The notes below the pieces were generated by a model, which made no database searches, was not told the origin of the DNA, and saw only the letters and a program-made list of their open reading frames with translations. Positions 19,231 to 28,618 of a DNA stretch of 64,000 nucleotides are shown one piece after another; positions within the stretch are counted from its first letter, which is position 1, and the number at the start of each line of letters is the position of its first letter. Source of the DNA: Candidatus Woesearchaeota archaeon (GTDB lineage: Archaea; Nanobdellota; Nanobdellia; Pacearchaeales; GW2011-AR1). The stretch is taken from contig CAZETU010000001.1 in NCBI GenBank assembly GCA_964514585.1, positions 50,523 through 114,522 of the forward strand, in the 5' to 3' direction. Made by a program: the position numbers and the translations under genes.

Positions 19231-19345
19231 TTCCAAAACCCGCGAGTCTAATTTTGATTTATAGCAGACTTAGATGAGGCGAAAGGTTGCGTGGCGTACA
19301 AAGGTACGCGAGCGTTCTTTCAACGAAATATAAGGTGCTAGAAAT
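19231..19345 (+). other. GC-rich structured intergenic segment
   Basis: AGTCT/AGACT stem (19245-19270) and long imperfect hairpin GAAAGG...GCGTAC-aaag-GTACGC...TCTTTC (19281-19321) directly 3' of a stop codon. Confidence 0.5.
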
Positions 19346-19639
19346 CTAAATCAAATCCTCTTCTTCAAGGGGCATTTCATCTTCCTCTTGCTGAATAGGA
19401 ACAGCATTTCTGTTGATTATGATAATATCTCCAATCGCTTTAATAAACTGATGAGGCACAATAATCCCTCGAGCTCCGCCCAAAACTTGAATCATTCCAG
19501 ATTCACGAGCAACGACAATTCTCCATCCATCTATCTTATTGTCTATCAAATTAACCTCTTCAACCATACCAAACAAATCACCAGAATCAGTATACACTCG
19601 TCTCCCAACAACCTCGCTTATCCTTTTAATCTTTAACAT
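19346..19639 (-). CDS. PRC-barrel domain protein
   Basis: ISEVVGRRVYTDSGDLFGMVEEV...IKAIGDIIII. Confidence 0.85.
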   Translation of the reverse strand: MLKIKRISEVVGRRVYTDSGDLFGMVEEVNLIDNKIDGWRIVVARESGMIQVLGGARGIIVPHQFIKAIGDIIIINRNAVPIQQEEDEMPLEEEDLI

Positions 19640-19743
19640 AAACCAACTAAAAACTTTTCATTTAAATACATTTCTATGATACAATGATTACTATGCACAT
19701 GCATCCCCGTTAAGTTTATAAAAAATTGCCCATTCTCTACTAC

Positions 19744-20373
19744 ATGGGCACAAAGGAACTAGAGAAAGAAGTCTTCATAATAATTCTAGCAGCCGTAATT
19801 CTCGCCCTAACCGTCTCATTCAGACAAACACAAATGTTCGTTGCAAGCATAATCAGCTTCTTAATAATAATAACCGCAAACGTTCTAGTAAAAAAATTGG
19901 TCGGATATCATTTCGAAACAAAAGTCAGAACAAAATTCTGGACATGGTACCAATTCGGATTCCGAAAAGATGCCCATTTCAAAAAGCCAGTTCCAATGGC
20001 ATGGCTCCCCCTTCTATTAACACTCTTCACAAAAGGAATTTTTTGGTGGTTAGCAATTCTCGAGTTTGACGTAGAAGCCAAAACCGAAAGAGTCTCCAGA
20101 AGACATGGGCTATACAGGTATACACAAGTAACAGAATGGCACATGGCATGGATCGCGGTCTGGGGAATCATCGTAAATATTCTTTTAGCAATCGTCGGAT
20201 ACGGAGCCGGCTTCGAACTCTTCGCAAAACTCAACATCTATTTCGCAGTCTGGTCAATCATCCCACTCTCAAGATTAGACGGAGCAAAAATATTCTTCTC
20301 AAGCCGAGGACTCTGGGCAACAATAGCAACAGTAGTAGGAATAATGTTAATTTGGGGCTTAACAGTCGTTTAA
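19744..20373 (+). CDS. Site-2-protease (M50)-like membrane protein lacking HExxH
   Basis: IIPLSRLDG (NxxPxxxLDG-like) retained; the HExxH position reads NVLVK. Confidence 0.65.
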   Translation: MGTKELEKEVFIIILAAVILALTVSFRQTQMFVASIISFLIIITANVLVKKLVGYHFETKVRTKFWTWYQFGFRKDAHFKKPVPMAWLPLLLTLFTKGIFWWLAILEFDVEAKTERVSRRHGLYRYTQVTEWHMAWIAVWGIIVNILLAIVGYGAGFELFAKLNIYFAVWSIIPLSRLDGAKIFFSSRGLWATIATVVGIMLIWGLTVV

Positions 20374-20621
20374 GTTAAAGCAGGCATTTTCTTAAATTTT
20401 TTCTTAAATTTATGAACAGATTTCTCACTCTTCTTTTTAGGTCGCTGAAAAAAGACCAAATAAATTATAGGCAAAAATCCAAAAGTATTCAAAACCCAAA
20501 ACAGAATAAACCAAACCAAATGACCATTACGAGCAGCCCTCCAAGAAGCAATCATCTTCCAAACTAAAGTCCACAAAAGCGCAGGAATAAGCCACATCGG
20601 TATCATCTCCATTAATGCCAT
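20370..20621 (-). CDS. Small membrane protein (DUF5652-like)
   Basis: WKMIASWRAARNGHLVWFI...NTFGFLPIIY. Confidence 0.7.
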   Translation of the reverse strand: MALMEMIPMWLIPALLWTLVWKMIASWRAARNGHLVWFILFWVLNTFGFLPIIYLVFFQRPKKKSEKSVHKFKKKFKKMPALT

Positions 20622-20671
20622 ATAACACAAACCAATTCAAAACTTATAAACTTACCCCAACTAATCAAAAC

Positions 20672-22207
20672 ATGAAAGAATTAAAAATAACCCCGAGAGA
20701 ATATCAAGAAAAAATATTCGAAACCTGCAAAGAAAAAGACTGTCTTGTGGTCTTACCAACAGGAACAGGAAAAACACTAATCGCCCTAATGGCAACAATA
20801 GACAGATTCAAAAAATTCCCCCTAGAAAAAATTGTAATCCTCGCCCCGACAAAACCCCTAATCGAACAACACTTCGAAACCTTTAAAAAAAATCTCCCAG
20901 AAGGCTGGGCTGACATGCAACTCTTCACAGGGAAAACTCAAGCAGACAAAAGAAAAGAAATTTGGCAAACTGCAGAATTTATTTTTTCAACTCCTCAATG
21001 TATCGCAAACGACCTAGACAAAATGCTCTACAAACTAGATCAGGTCAGTCTCTTAATCGTAGATGAATGCCATCGATGCCTAAAAAATTACGCCTATAAT
21101 AGAGTCGCACAAAAATACAAAATGCAATCCACAAACGGAAGAGTTCTAGCATTAACCGCCTCGCCAGGAGGAGACAAAGAAACAATTCAACAAGTTTGCA
21201 AAAACCTAGGAATCGAAGCCGTAGAAATCAGAACCAGAGAAAGCCCCGACGTTAAGCCCTACCTCCAAGAACTAGAATTCGAAAAAATAGAAGTAGACTT
21301 CCCTCCAGAATTCCTTGAAATCAAACTCCTACTAGAAGAGATATACAACAAAAAAATATCAGAACTAAAACATCGACGAGTCCTCTTCGGATACGCAAGT
21401 AAAACAATGCTTTTGAAAACTCAATCTAGACTAATGACAAAGAAAGGCAAAAAAGATATGAACGACTTCCTCGCAATATCCGCCTGCGCAACCGCACTAA
21501 AAATCTCACACGCCCTAACACTTCTCGAAACCCAAACAATGTCATCATTCATCGCATACCTAAAAGATTTATTCAAACAAGCAGCTGAACAAAAATCAAA
21601 AGGAGTACAAAAACTAGTAAAAAACCCCGCCTTCGCAAAAGCATACACCCTGGCAACAACCCTAAACAAAGAACACCCAAAAGTCGAACTCCTAAAAGAA
21701 ATAGTCAAAGAACAATTTCAAATAGACCCTAACTCAAGAATAATTGTCTTCGCACAATTTAGAGAAACCGTTAGAAAAATTTCTGAAACTCTAAATCAAA
21801 TCCCAGGAATCCATGCAGATAATTTCGTAGGCCAAGCAATCAAGGATCATGGAAAAGGAAAAATAACAGGACTTAAACAAAAAGAACAAAAAGAAATGAT
21901 TGAAAAATTCAAACTCGGAGAAATAAACATCCTCGTCGCAACATCCATAGCCGAAGAAGGACTAGACATCCCAGAAGTAAATGAAGTAATTTTCTACGAA
22001 CCAATCCCCTCAGCAATCCGCTCAATCCAAAGAAGAGGACGAACCGCAAGACTTTCCAAAGGAGCACTAAAAATTCTAGTAACAAAAAAAACACTCGATG
22101 AAATTTTCCACTACGCCGCACATCATAAAGAAAAAAGGATGCACACCGCAATCGAGCAAATCAAAAAAGACTTCGAATCAAAAGAAACCCAAAGTGAATT
22201 ACTTTAA
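20672..22207 (+). CDS. hef: Hef/FANCM-like SF2 helicase domain
   Basis: PTGTGKT, DECH, TAS, SIAEEGLDIP, QRRGRTAR motifs. Confidence 0.9.
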   Translation: MKELKITPREYQEKIFETCKEKDCLVVLPTGTGKTLIALMATIDRFKKFPLEKIVILAPTKPLIEQHFETFKKNLPEGWADMQLFTGKTQADKRKEIWQTAEFIFSTPQCIANDLDKMLYKLDQVSLLIVDECHRCLKNYAYNRVAQKYKMQSTNGRVLALTASPGGDKETIQQVCKNLGIEAVEIRTRESPDVKPYLQELEFEKIEVDFPPEFLEIKLLLEEIYNKKISELKHRRVLFGYASKTMLLKTQSRLMTKKGKKDMNDFLAISACATALKISHALTLLETQTMSSFIAYLKDLFKQAAEQKSKGVQKLVKNPAFAKAYTLATTLNKEHPKVELLKEIVKEQFQIDPNSRIIVFAQFRETVRKISETLNQIPGIHADNFVGQAIKDHGKGKITGLKQKEQKEMIEKFKLGEINILVATSIAEEGLDIPEVNEVIFYEPIPSAIRSIQRRGRTARLSKGALKILVTKKTLDEIFHYAAHHKEKRMHTAIEQIKKDFESKETQSELL

Positions 22208-22231
22208 ATAAATACGTTCCTAAATAAAAAA

Positions 22232-22948
22232 ATGAAAACCGTCCACAACATTTTCTCAAATACCAAAACAGAAAAAGAACAACCTTGCCCAAACCCAAAA
22301 ACCCCAATCATCGTAGACACCAGAGAAAAGCAATCCCTAATCTCAGCAAACCTACTTGAGAAAAAGGCAAACATCGAATTCGAAAAATTAGACATCGGCG
22401 ACTATCTAATCCACGACATAATAATCGAACGAAAAACTTTCTCTGACTTCGTCAGCTCGATATTAAACAAGCGACTTTTCGAACAATTAACCAACATAAA
22501 AAAATATCCAAAACAATTTCTAATAATAGAAGGCTTCGACTACGAATACAATAAATTCAATGTTCATGAAAACGCAATTCGCGGGATGATGCTATCAATC
22601 GCAATAGATTTTCAAGTCCCAGTAATTTTCACAAAAAACGAAACTGATACCGCAAATTTCCTAATCCTAACCGCAAAAAGATATGAAAAACCACGACCCA
22701 TCGACTCGATAAGACAAACAAAAACCTGTAAAACCCCAGAAGAACAAAAGCAATTTATTCTAGAAGGATTCGCGGGAATCGGTCCAACGATTTCTAAAAA
22801 ACTCTTAGAAGAATTCTCAACCCTTCAAAATATTTTCAACACAACTGAAAAAGAACTTAATAAAATTCTGAACAAAAAAACTACCGACGCATTTCAGCAA
22901 TTACTAACTAACCCAAATCAACCTCATAACAATCACATCGGGGCCTAA
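22232..22948 (+). CDS. ERCC4 (XPF/Mus81) nuclease with HhH, the nuclease half of Hef
   Basis: VDTRE, GDY, IERKT..DF motifs; GFAGIGP HhH. Confidence 0.9.
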   Translation: MKTVHNIFSNTKTEKEQPCPNPKTPIIVDTREKQSLISANLLEKKANIEFEKLDIGDYLIHDIIIERKTFSDFVSSILNKRLFEQLTNIKKYPKQFLIIEGFDYEYNKFNVHENAIRGMMLSIAIDFQVPVIFTKNETDTANFLILTAKRYEKPRPIDSIRQTKTCKTPEEQKQFILEGFAGIGPTISKKLLEEFSTLQNIFNTTEKELNKILNKKTTDAFQQLLTNPNQPHNNHIGA

Positions 22949-23150
22949 CGTCAACAACCAGAGAACTTGTCTCCCGACGAATCAAATCAACAAAATCATT
23001 ATGATTACCTCCTCCTCCATAAACATAAACACAATACGGAAATGGCTTTGGCATCCCAGAAACAATCTCTTTAACAAGCCCCGAAATATCTACTCCTTCC
23101 ATTAAAATAAAGACAATCAATCTCATTTTATAAAAAATTCCGTGATACAA
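22908..23150 (-). CDS. Hypothetical protein
   Basis: ORF with host-like codon bias; start uncertain. Confidence 0.4.
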   Translation of the reverse strand: MYHGIFYKMRLIVFILMEGVDISGLVKEIVSGMPKPFPYCVYVYGGGGNHNDFVDLIRRETSSLVVDVRPRCDCYEVDLG

Positions 23151-23236
23151 AATATATATTCACAACCAACAATCATATAAAGTTAGATTCACTTTATTTA
23201 CTATATTTTTCTTACCGACATAATATATCCAAAAAA

Positions 23237-24427
23237 TCAAGGTCCCAAACTAAAACTAGAAAACTCAGACATCGAAGCCAAATTTTTAATCTGATCCAAC
23301 GTCACACTCTTAATCTTATTCTCATAATTATAATACTCCTCACCATTACCAGCTGCCTCTTCCAAAACCAAATTTACAGCAGTCTCACTCGACCCTTCAC
23401 TTTCAACATATCTACTCCCAATAATCTGAATCTTAGCAGCCTCCAACTCCTCCTCACTAATCTCACCCATCTTAGAATATTCCTCCAAACAAACGCTCTT
23501 CACCTCTTCAACTTTCCCAGGATCAGTCCCAGCCCAAATAATCATATATCCATAATTTTTACCCATATCCAAATCCGACTTAATCCCATATGCAAGCCCT
23601 CTATTCTCACGAACCTCACTAAATAACTTCGAAGACATCCCCTCCCCAAGTATTGTTGAAAAAACTTCTGCCGTATATCTATCCGTATCATTCAAGCTAG
23701 GAAAATGAAACCCAAGAACAAGGTTGGATTGGGTAATCCCCTCCCTCTTTTCATCATTCTTCAATAGCTGAAAATTTAACTCTGGAATCTCAATTTTTCT
23801 CCCCTCTTTGTCAACACTCATCTCTTCGGCCATTTTAACAACATCGTCAAAATTATTATTACCAACAACACAAAGAATCGAATTCGAAGGAACGTAAACT
23901 TCGCCATGTCTTTTCATCAACTGCTCACGACTCATCCCCCGGACATTTTCCTCAGTCCCACCAATAAACATTCCAAACGGCTTCTTATATAACAACGCCT
24001 TCACGCTATCAACAGCATGTGCCCTCGGGTTATCTTTATACATTTTTATTTCCTCACAAATCACATTTCCTTCTTTCTCAACCTCATCCTCAGGGAAACT
24101 CGCATTGAAAAAAATATCAAAAACAACATCCATTGCCACATTCAAATGCTCACTTGGTAACTTCACATGATAAGCCGTAATTTCCTCATGAGTAAACGCA
24201 TTCAAATCCCCACCAAGACTCTCAATCTCCTGAGCAATCTGCTTAACCGTCCTCTTTTCGGTCCCCTTAAAACAAAGATGTTCAATAAAATGAGCTATCC
24301 CCTTTTCCGACTCATTCTCATAAATCGCTCCATACTTCGCGGCCAACATCACAGTTGTAACGGGAACATCCCTCTTCTCATGAATCACCGTCAACCCATT
24401 TGTCAAGACTTTTCTATTAAATTTCAT
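23237..24427 (-). CDS. M16 (pitrilysin/insulinase) zinc peptidase
   Basis: HFIEH inverted zinc motif; LNAFT; VRENRGLAY. Confidence 0.95.
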   Translation of the reverse strand: MKFNRKVLTNGLTVIHEKRDVPVTTVMLAAKYGAIYENESEKGIAHFIEHLCFKGTEKRTVKQIAQEIESLGGDLNAFTHEEITAYHVKLPSEHLNVAMDVVFDIFFNASFPEDEVEKEGNVICEEIKMYKDNPRAHAVDSVKALLYKKPFGMFIGGTEENVRGMSREQLMKRHGEVYVPSNSILCVVGNNNFDDVVKMAEEMSVDKEGRKIEIPELNFQLLKNDEKREGITQSNLVLGFHFPSLNDTDRYTAEVFSTILGEGMSSKLFSEVRENRGLAYGIKSDLDMGKNYGYMIIWAGTDPGKVEEVKSVCLEEYSKMGEISEEELEAAKIQIIGSRYVESEGSSETAVNLVLEEAAGNGEEYYNYENKIKSVTLDQIKNLASMSEFSSFSLGP

Positions 24428-24494
24428 AAAACCCAAAAACAAAATTTATTTAAATACCTTTCTCCTTATTTTCACAACTAAAAAGAGGTATAAT

Positions 24495-24836
24495 ATGGAA
24501 TTAGATTTAATTGGAAAGTGGGCATTCATCATTGGCTTAATCGTTGCTATACTAGCAGCCTTCATAACCACAATTGACACAAATGTAATACTGTTAATCC
24601 TATTCATCTTAGGGCTGATTGTAGGCTTCATTAATGTGAATAAGAAGAACACCACTGACTTTCTAATTGCTGTAATCGCGCTTGTCGGAGTCGGAACTCT
24701 AGGCGCATTAGCTATCGAACAACTCGCAAAACCCGTTGTATACTTACAAATTATTTTGAATAATTTTACAGTATTCATAATGGCGGCGGCACTAGTTGTA
24801 TCAATAAAAACGATACTAACAACAGCAAAGAAATAA
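24495..24836 (+). CDS. Small multi-pass membrane protein
   Basis: 113 aa hydrophobic ORF. Confidence 0.7.
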   Translation: MELDLIGKWAFIIGLIVAILAAFITTIDTNVILLILFILGLIVGFINVNKKNTTDFLIAVIALVGVGTLGALAIEQLAKPVVYLQIILNNFTVFIMAAALVVSIKTILTTAKK

Positions 24837-24846
24837 ACACAAAAAA

Positions 24847-25566
24847 TTATTTTTTATTTTTTAATATTATTATCCGTTCCCCTTCCCTCTTAACATCTTT
24901 TTCTATATTAAAATTCTCCTCTAAAAAATCAACAATCCACTTTCTCTGAGCCGAAAACTTCTTGCGCCCACCCAAACTTTCAGTAGGTAAACTCAAAACA
25001 ATCCACTCACACTCTTTCGAAATCTCTAAAATAAATTTCTTAGAAAAATCTCTCTCTAAATTTTCCAAAGCATCAACAACTTGAAATAAAAAAACAACTC
25101 TCGGTTTTTTCTGTTCCCTCAATAATTCAACAACTTCCTTAACATCAAATAAATCACCACAAATAGCTTTAGCACTAAAATCATTCTCCCTAAAATAATC
25201 ATTCATATGAGAAACAACCTGCCCAGCCGCTTCGACCCCAACATAGCTAACTCCCTTAGACAAATATTCATAACTAAAACCGTTAACGCCACACCCCAAA
25301 TCAATCACAGACTCAACTCTACCAACGCAAGAAAAAATCTCATCATAAAATTTCTCATAATCTCTTTTTTTAGAAGACATATGCGCCTTCAGCAAATCCC
25401 CCTTCCCCTTTAAAATCTTATTCGTCAAAAACACCCCAAAATACTTCCGGAGCAAAGCCCGGGCTTCTTTAACATCCCCTTTAGTCAATTCAGCAGCCCG
25501 CTCAACAATCGAATTCGGCAAGCCAGAAAATTCCTTCTTCTTCTTTATCTCCTCAATTACTTTCAT
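24847..25566 (-). CDS. SAM-dependent methyltransferase resembling 16S rRNA m7G1405 FmrO/ArmA/Rmt family
   Basis: HMSSKKR, VIDLGCGVN, and SLPTESLGGRKK, matching H-x-S-T-x-E-R, DLxCGxNP and SFPTxSLGGR of that family. Confidence 0.7.
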   Translation of the reverse strand: MKVIEEIKKKKEFSGLPNSIVERAAELTKGDVKEARALLRKYFGVFLTNKILKGKGDLLKAHMSSKKRDYEKFYDEIFSCVGRVESVIDLGCGVNGFSYEYLSKGVSYVGVEAAGQVVSHMNDYFRENDFSAKAICGDLFDVKEVVELLREQKKPRVVFLFQVVDALENLERDFSKKFILEISKECEWIVLSLPTESLGGRKKFSAQRKWIVDFLEENFNIEKDVKREGERIIILKNKK

Positions 25567-26234
25567 TCTACTTCAATTTCCCGCCGCCAAGAATATTCCC
25601 CACTAGAAGAATCTTCAAACGATTTAACCCTTAACCCCCGAGAAAACAAAGGACAATCCAAAACAAAAGTCTCGAACTCACCTCCCTCCCCAGCTGGATG
25701 AATTTTATATTTCTCCTTCAACTCACTAACCTCTTCAATAAATTTCCCATCTATCTTCCTCCCTAACCAGGAACTGTCCAGTGGATAAGCCGCGACTCCA
25801 GTAACCACAATATCAAAATCATTCTCAATCAACTCATTCAGATAAGAAATCTCCTCCTTATGCCAAAGTGGATTAATACTCTCCAACCCAAGATCCTCAC
25901 AAATTTTCCCAATCCTTGACGCCTGATATTCAGAATGCAACGCCCCAGTCACAACGCCTTCAATTCCATATTTCTCCTTAGCAATCTTAATCGCGTCAGA
26001 CAAGTCCATCAACTCCTCTTCTTTATTCCCTTTAGTCCCATGAACCAAAAGCGAAACCCCCATAACCTCAACCTGCCGTTCAGCCTTTTCAATAGAGGGA
26101 GTATGAAACATATAACTCTCCTGATTTTCAGATTTAATTACAATCGCACAAGCTAGCTCATTCCCAGCCTGCTTAGCTAAATAAGCCGCATAAACACTAT
26201 CCTTGCCACCAGAAAACAAAACTCCAAGCTTCAT
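25563..26234 (-). CDS. dph6: Diphthine--ammonia ligase
   Basis: LFSGGKDS, SYMFH, GALHSEYQ, GEGGEFETFV. Confidence 0.9.
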   Translation of the reverse strand: MKLGVLFSGGKDSVYAAYLAKQAGNELACAIVIKSENQESYMFHTPSIEKAERQVEVMGVSLLVHGTKGNKEEELMDLSDAIKIAKEKYGIEGVVTGALHSEYQASRIGKICEDLGLESINPLWHKEEISYLNELIENDFDIVVTGVAAYPLDSSWLGRKIDGKFIEEVSELKEKYKIHPAGEGGEFETFVLDCPLFSRGLRVKSFEDSSSGEYSWRREIEVE

Positions 26235-26268
26235 AAAAAACAAAATAATTCACACTTTAACAAACTTA

Positions 26269-26970
26269 CTACTTCCCTTTCTTCCTAGTCTTATAATATT
26301 CTACAAAAAAAGAAGTAACAAAAATATTAATAATCATGGAAACAATCATGCTAACAATAGTTCCAAGAGAAACAAATATCCCAGATTCTAAAGAAGAACT
26401 AAAAATACTTGACGCAATCCAATTAATAATACCCATAAAGAATACAATAATAATCCCATACCAAAGCGTTCTCCACCAATTATCTCTAACTAAATCAAAA
26501 CTAGCCCCAAGAGATTCCACAATCCCTTTATCTTCAAGCACAAAAATATAAAATCCAAAAACCCAGAAAACTAAAAATACGACACCAGGAATAATCAATA
26601 ATAAAAATAGTAAAGAAACAAAAATAGCAAAAACTAAATAAAACAGAAATGAAGACCAAACTTTCCCCTTAGAAACACTCAGAATATTTTTTTTCTTCCC
26701 AGCAAAATAAAGAACCAAATACACCTCAACAAATATATACAAAAAAACAGAAACAATAATAAAAAATAGCAAAAACAACAATGCACCAAAACCTAGTGTT
26801 TTTTCAAACCCAATCCTATACACGCCAAAAACAAATGTCATAATTAAGGAAAGAATAAATGTAGGAATAATATAATATTTTAACCCGACAGAAAAACAAT
26901 CCTTAAATCCTTTTTTAAAATTATTAACGGCCGAAGAAAATAAATCTCCAAACCCAACCTTGTTTTCCAT
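26269..26970 (-). CDS. Multi-pass membrane protein
   Basis: LLIIPGVV...ESLGASFDLVRDNWW pattern; likely start MENKVG at 26970. Confidence 0.7.
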   Translation of the reverse strand: MENKVGFGDLFSSAVNNFKKGFKDCFSVGLKYYIIPTFILSLIMTFVFGVYRIGFEKTLGFGALLFLLFFIIVSVFLYIFVEVYLVLYFAGKKKNILSVSKGKVWSSFLFYLVFAIFVSLLFLLLIIPGVVFLVFWVFGFYIFVLEDKGIVESLGASFDLVRDNWWRTLWYGIIIVFFMGIINWIASSIFSSSLESGIFVSLGTIVSMIVSMIINIFVTSFFVEYYKTRKKGK

Positions 26971-27043
26971 AAAAACATTAGTAAAAACCGTATTATAAAA
27001 CTTACTAATTGTAAACAAATTCAGAATCGTCAACCTTGATTGC

Positions 27044-27385
27044 TTAAGATAATGGCTCAGGAACTTTCTTAACGGGAACCTTCCACTTTTCCTTCGGCCC
27101 ACGAAAAAAGAAATAGGCAACAATTAAAATAATCAGGATAAAAACACCCATTGCTGCTAAAGCATAATAAAAATTATCCGTATACCTTGTAGAGACAACC
27201 TCACCCTTAACATCATCAATATACTCAGAATCAGAATTATCAGCAGGAAGATCTACATTATTCGGCTCTTCATATAAAACAGACTCACCTTCAGAATCAT
27301 TGCCAAAACTATCCCAATCATCAGTCGCATAAACCAGACCAACAGCCAAAACTAACACCAATAAAACTCCCCATCCTTTTTTCAT
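27044..27385 (-). CDS. Secreted/anchored hypothetical protein
   Basis: Signal peptide, acidic linker, C-terminal TM. Confidence 0.65.
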   Translation of the reverse strand: MKKGWGVLLVLVLAVGLVYATDDWDSFGNDSEGESVLYEEPNNVDLPADNSDSEYIDDVKGEVVSTRYTDNFYYALAAMGVFILIILIVAYFFFRGPKEKWKVPVKKVPEPLS

Positions 27386-27418
27386 AAATTTCTTAAACCT
27401 ACTTTATTTAATAACTTT

Positions 27419-28336
27419 ATGGCATCCACTAACCAATCCCCATTTTACCAAAGAGCGGAACAAGAATTTCACGAAGCAACAAGCGACTGCGAAAGAATAG
27501 CATGCTTAGAGATAATGATGAAGGAAGTCCCAAAACACAAATCATCTGAAAACATGAGAAAAAATCTAACAAACCGTTATAAAAAATTAAAAAACAATGT
27601 CGAAAAACAGAAAAAATCTGGCAAAGGCGGACAGGCTGGAATAAAAAAAGCAGATATGCAATGCGTTGTCACGGGGTTCCCCAACGTCGGCAAATCAACA
27701 ATATTCAATCTCCTAAGCGAAAAAAACAAATCCGAAGTCTCACCCCACCAATTCACGACATTCAAACCAAACCTCGGAACATTCAAGTTCGAAGACGCTC
27801 AAATCCAAATCATCGACGACGCGCCATTCCCAAATCAAGACAAATCCCTAATTAACTCAACCGACACTCTTCTAATAATTATCGACTCTCTTAATCAAAT
27901 AAAAGAATCCGATAAATACCTATGGAAATCAAAAGCAAAAAAAATATACATCTACAACAAGATAGAAGAATTAAATCCGACAGAGCTTCGAAAATTAAAA
28001 GCAACTCTAAAATCAAAATACAAAAACCTCAAAACATGGTTCATTAACAAAAATTCAAACAAAATCGAGATAAATTTACTTAAAAAAGAAATCTTCGAAA
28101 CATTCCCCATTATCAGGGTCTACACAAAAGAACCAAGAAAACAAGCGAGTAAAGACCCAATGATTCTAAAAGAAAAATCCACATTCAAAGACGCCGCAGA
28201 AAAAATCCTCAAAGGAATGTCATCGAAAATAAAACGGGCAAGAGTATGGGGACCATCATCAAAATTCGGAGGACAAGTAATCGGACTCGAACACAAACTC
28301 AAAGACAAAGATATAATTGAATTCCAAACAAAATGA
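27419..28336 (+). CDS. Short DRG/Obg-family GTPase with TGS domain
   Basis: KHKSSE N-terminus, GFPNVGKS P-loop, FTT, NKIE, C-terminal IRVYTK...LKDKDIIE TGS. Confidence 0.85.
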   Translation: MASTNQSPFYQRAEQEFHEATSDCERIACLEIMMKEVPKHKSSENMRKNLTNRYKKLKNNVEKQKKSGKGGQAGIKKADMQCVVTGFPNVGKSTIFNLLSEKNKSEVSPHQFTTFKPNLGTFKFEDAQIQIIDDAPFPNQDKSLINSTDTLLIIIDSLNQIKESDKYLWKSKAKKIYIYNKIEELNPTELRKLKATLKSKYKNLKTWFINKNSNKIEINLLKKEIFETFPIIRVYTKEPRKQASKDPMILKEKSTFKDAAEKILKGMSSKIKRARVWGPSSKFGGQVIGLEHKLKDKDIIEFQTK

Positions 28337-28611
28337 AATTTGCAAAAATTACACTCATCCTAACCCTCATCGGCATCCTGCTCCTAATTATAATTACTCA
28401 AAACCCACAAACAATAACAGGCAAAATCAAAACAATAAAATACAACAACGAATTAACCGAGCTCACCCTAAACAACACCAACACAAGCATAATAATTTTC
28501 ACAAACGACTTTATAGACTTAAAAAAAGATGACAAAGTCTTACTAGAAGGAAAAGAAAGTATATACAAAAATCAAAAACAATTCACCGTCAATAAAATTT
28601 ACAAAATATAG
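28333..28611 (+). CDS. Small membrane-anchored OB-fold-like protein
   Basis: N-terminal TM followed by a beta-rich domain. Confidence 0.55.
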   Translation: MKFAKITLILTLIGILLLIIITQNPQTITGKIKTIKYNNELTELTLNNTNTSIIIFTNDFIDLKKDDKVLLEGKESIYKNQKQFTVNKIYKI

Positions 28612-28618
28612 AATAAAA

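Noticed and set aside
19270-19285. Hammerhead-like GATGAG-GC-GAAA
   Set aside because: The required CUGA core is absent (TAGA) and there is no stem II.
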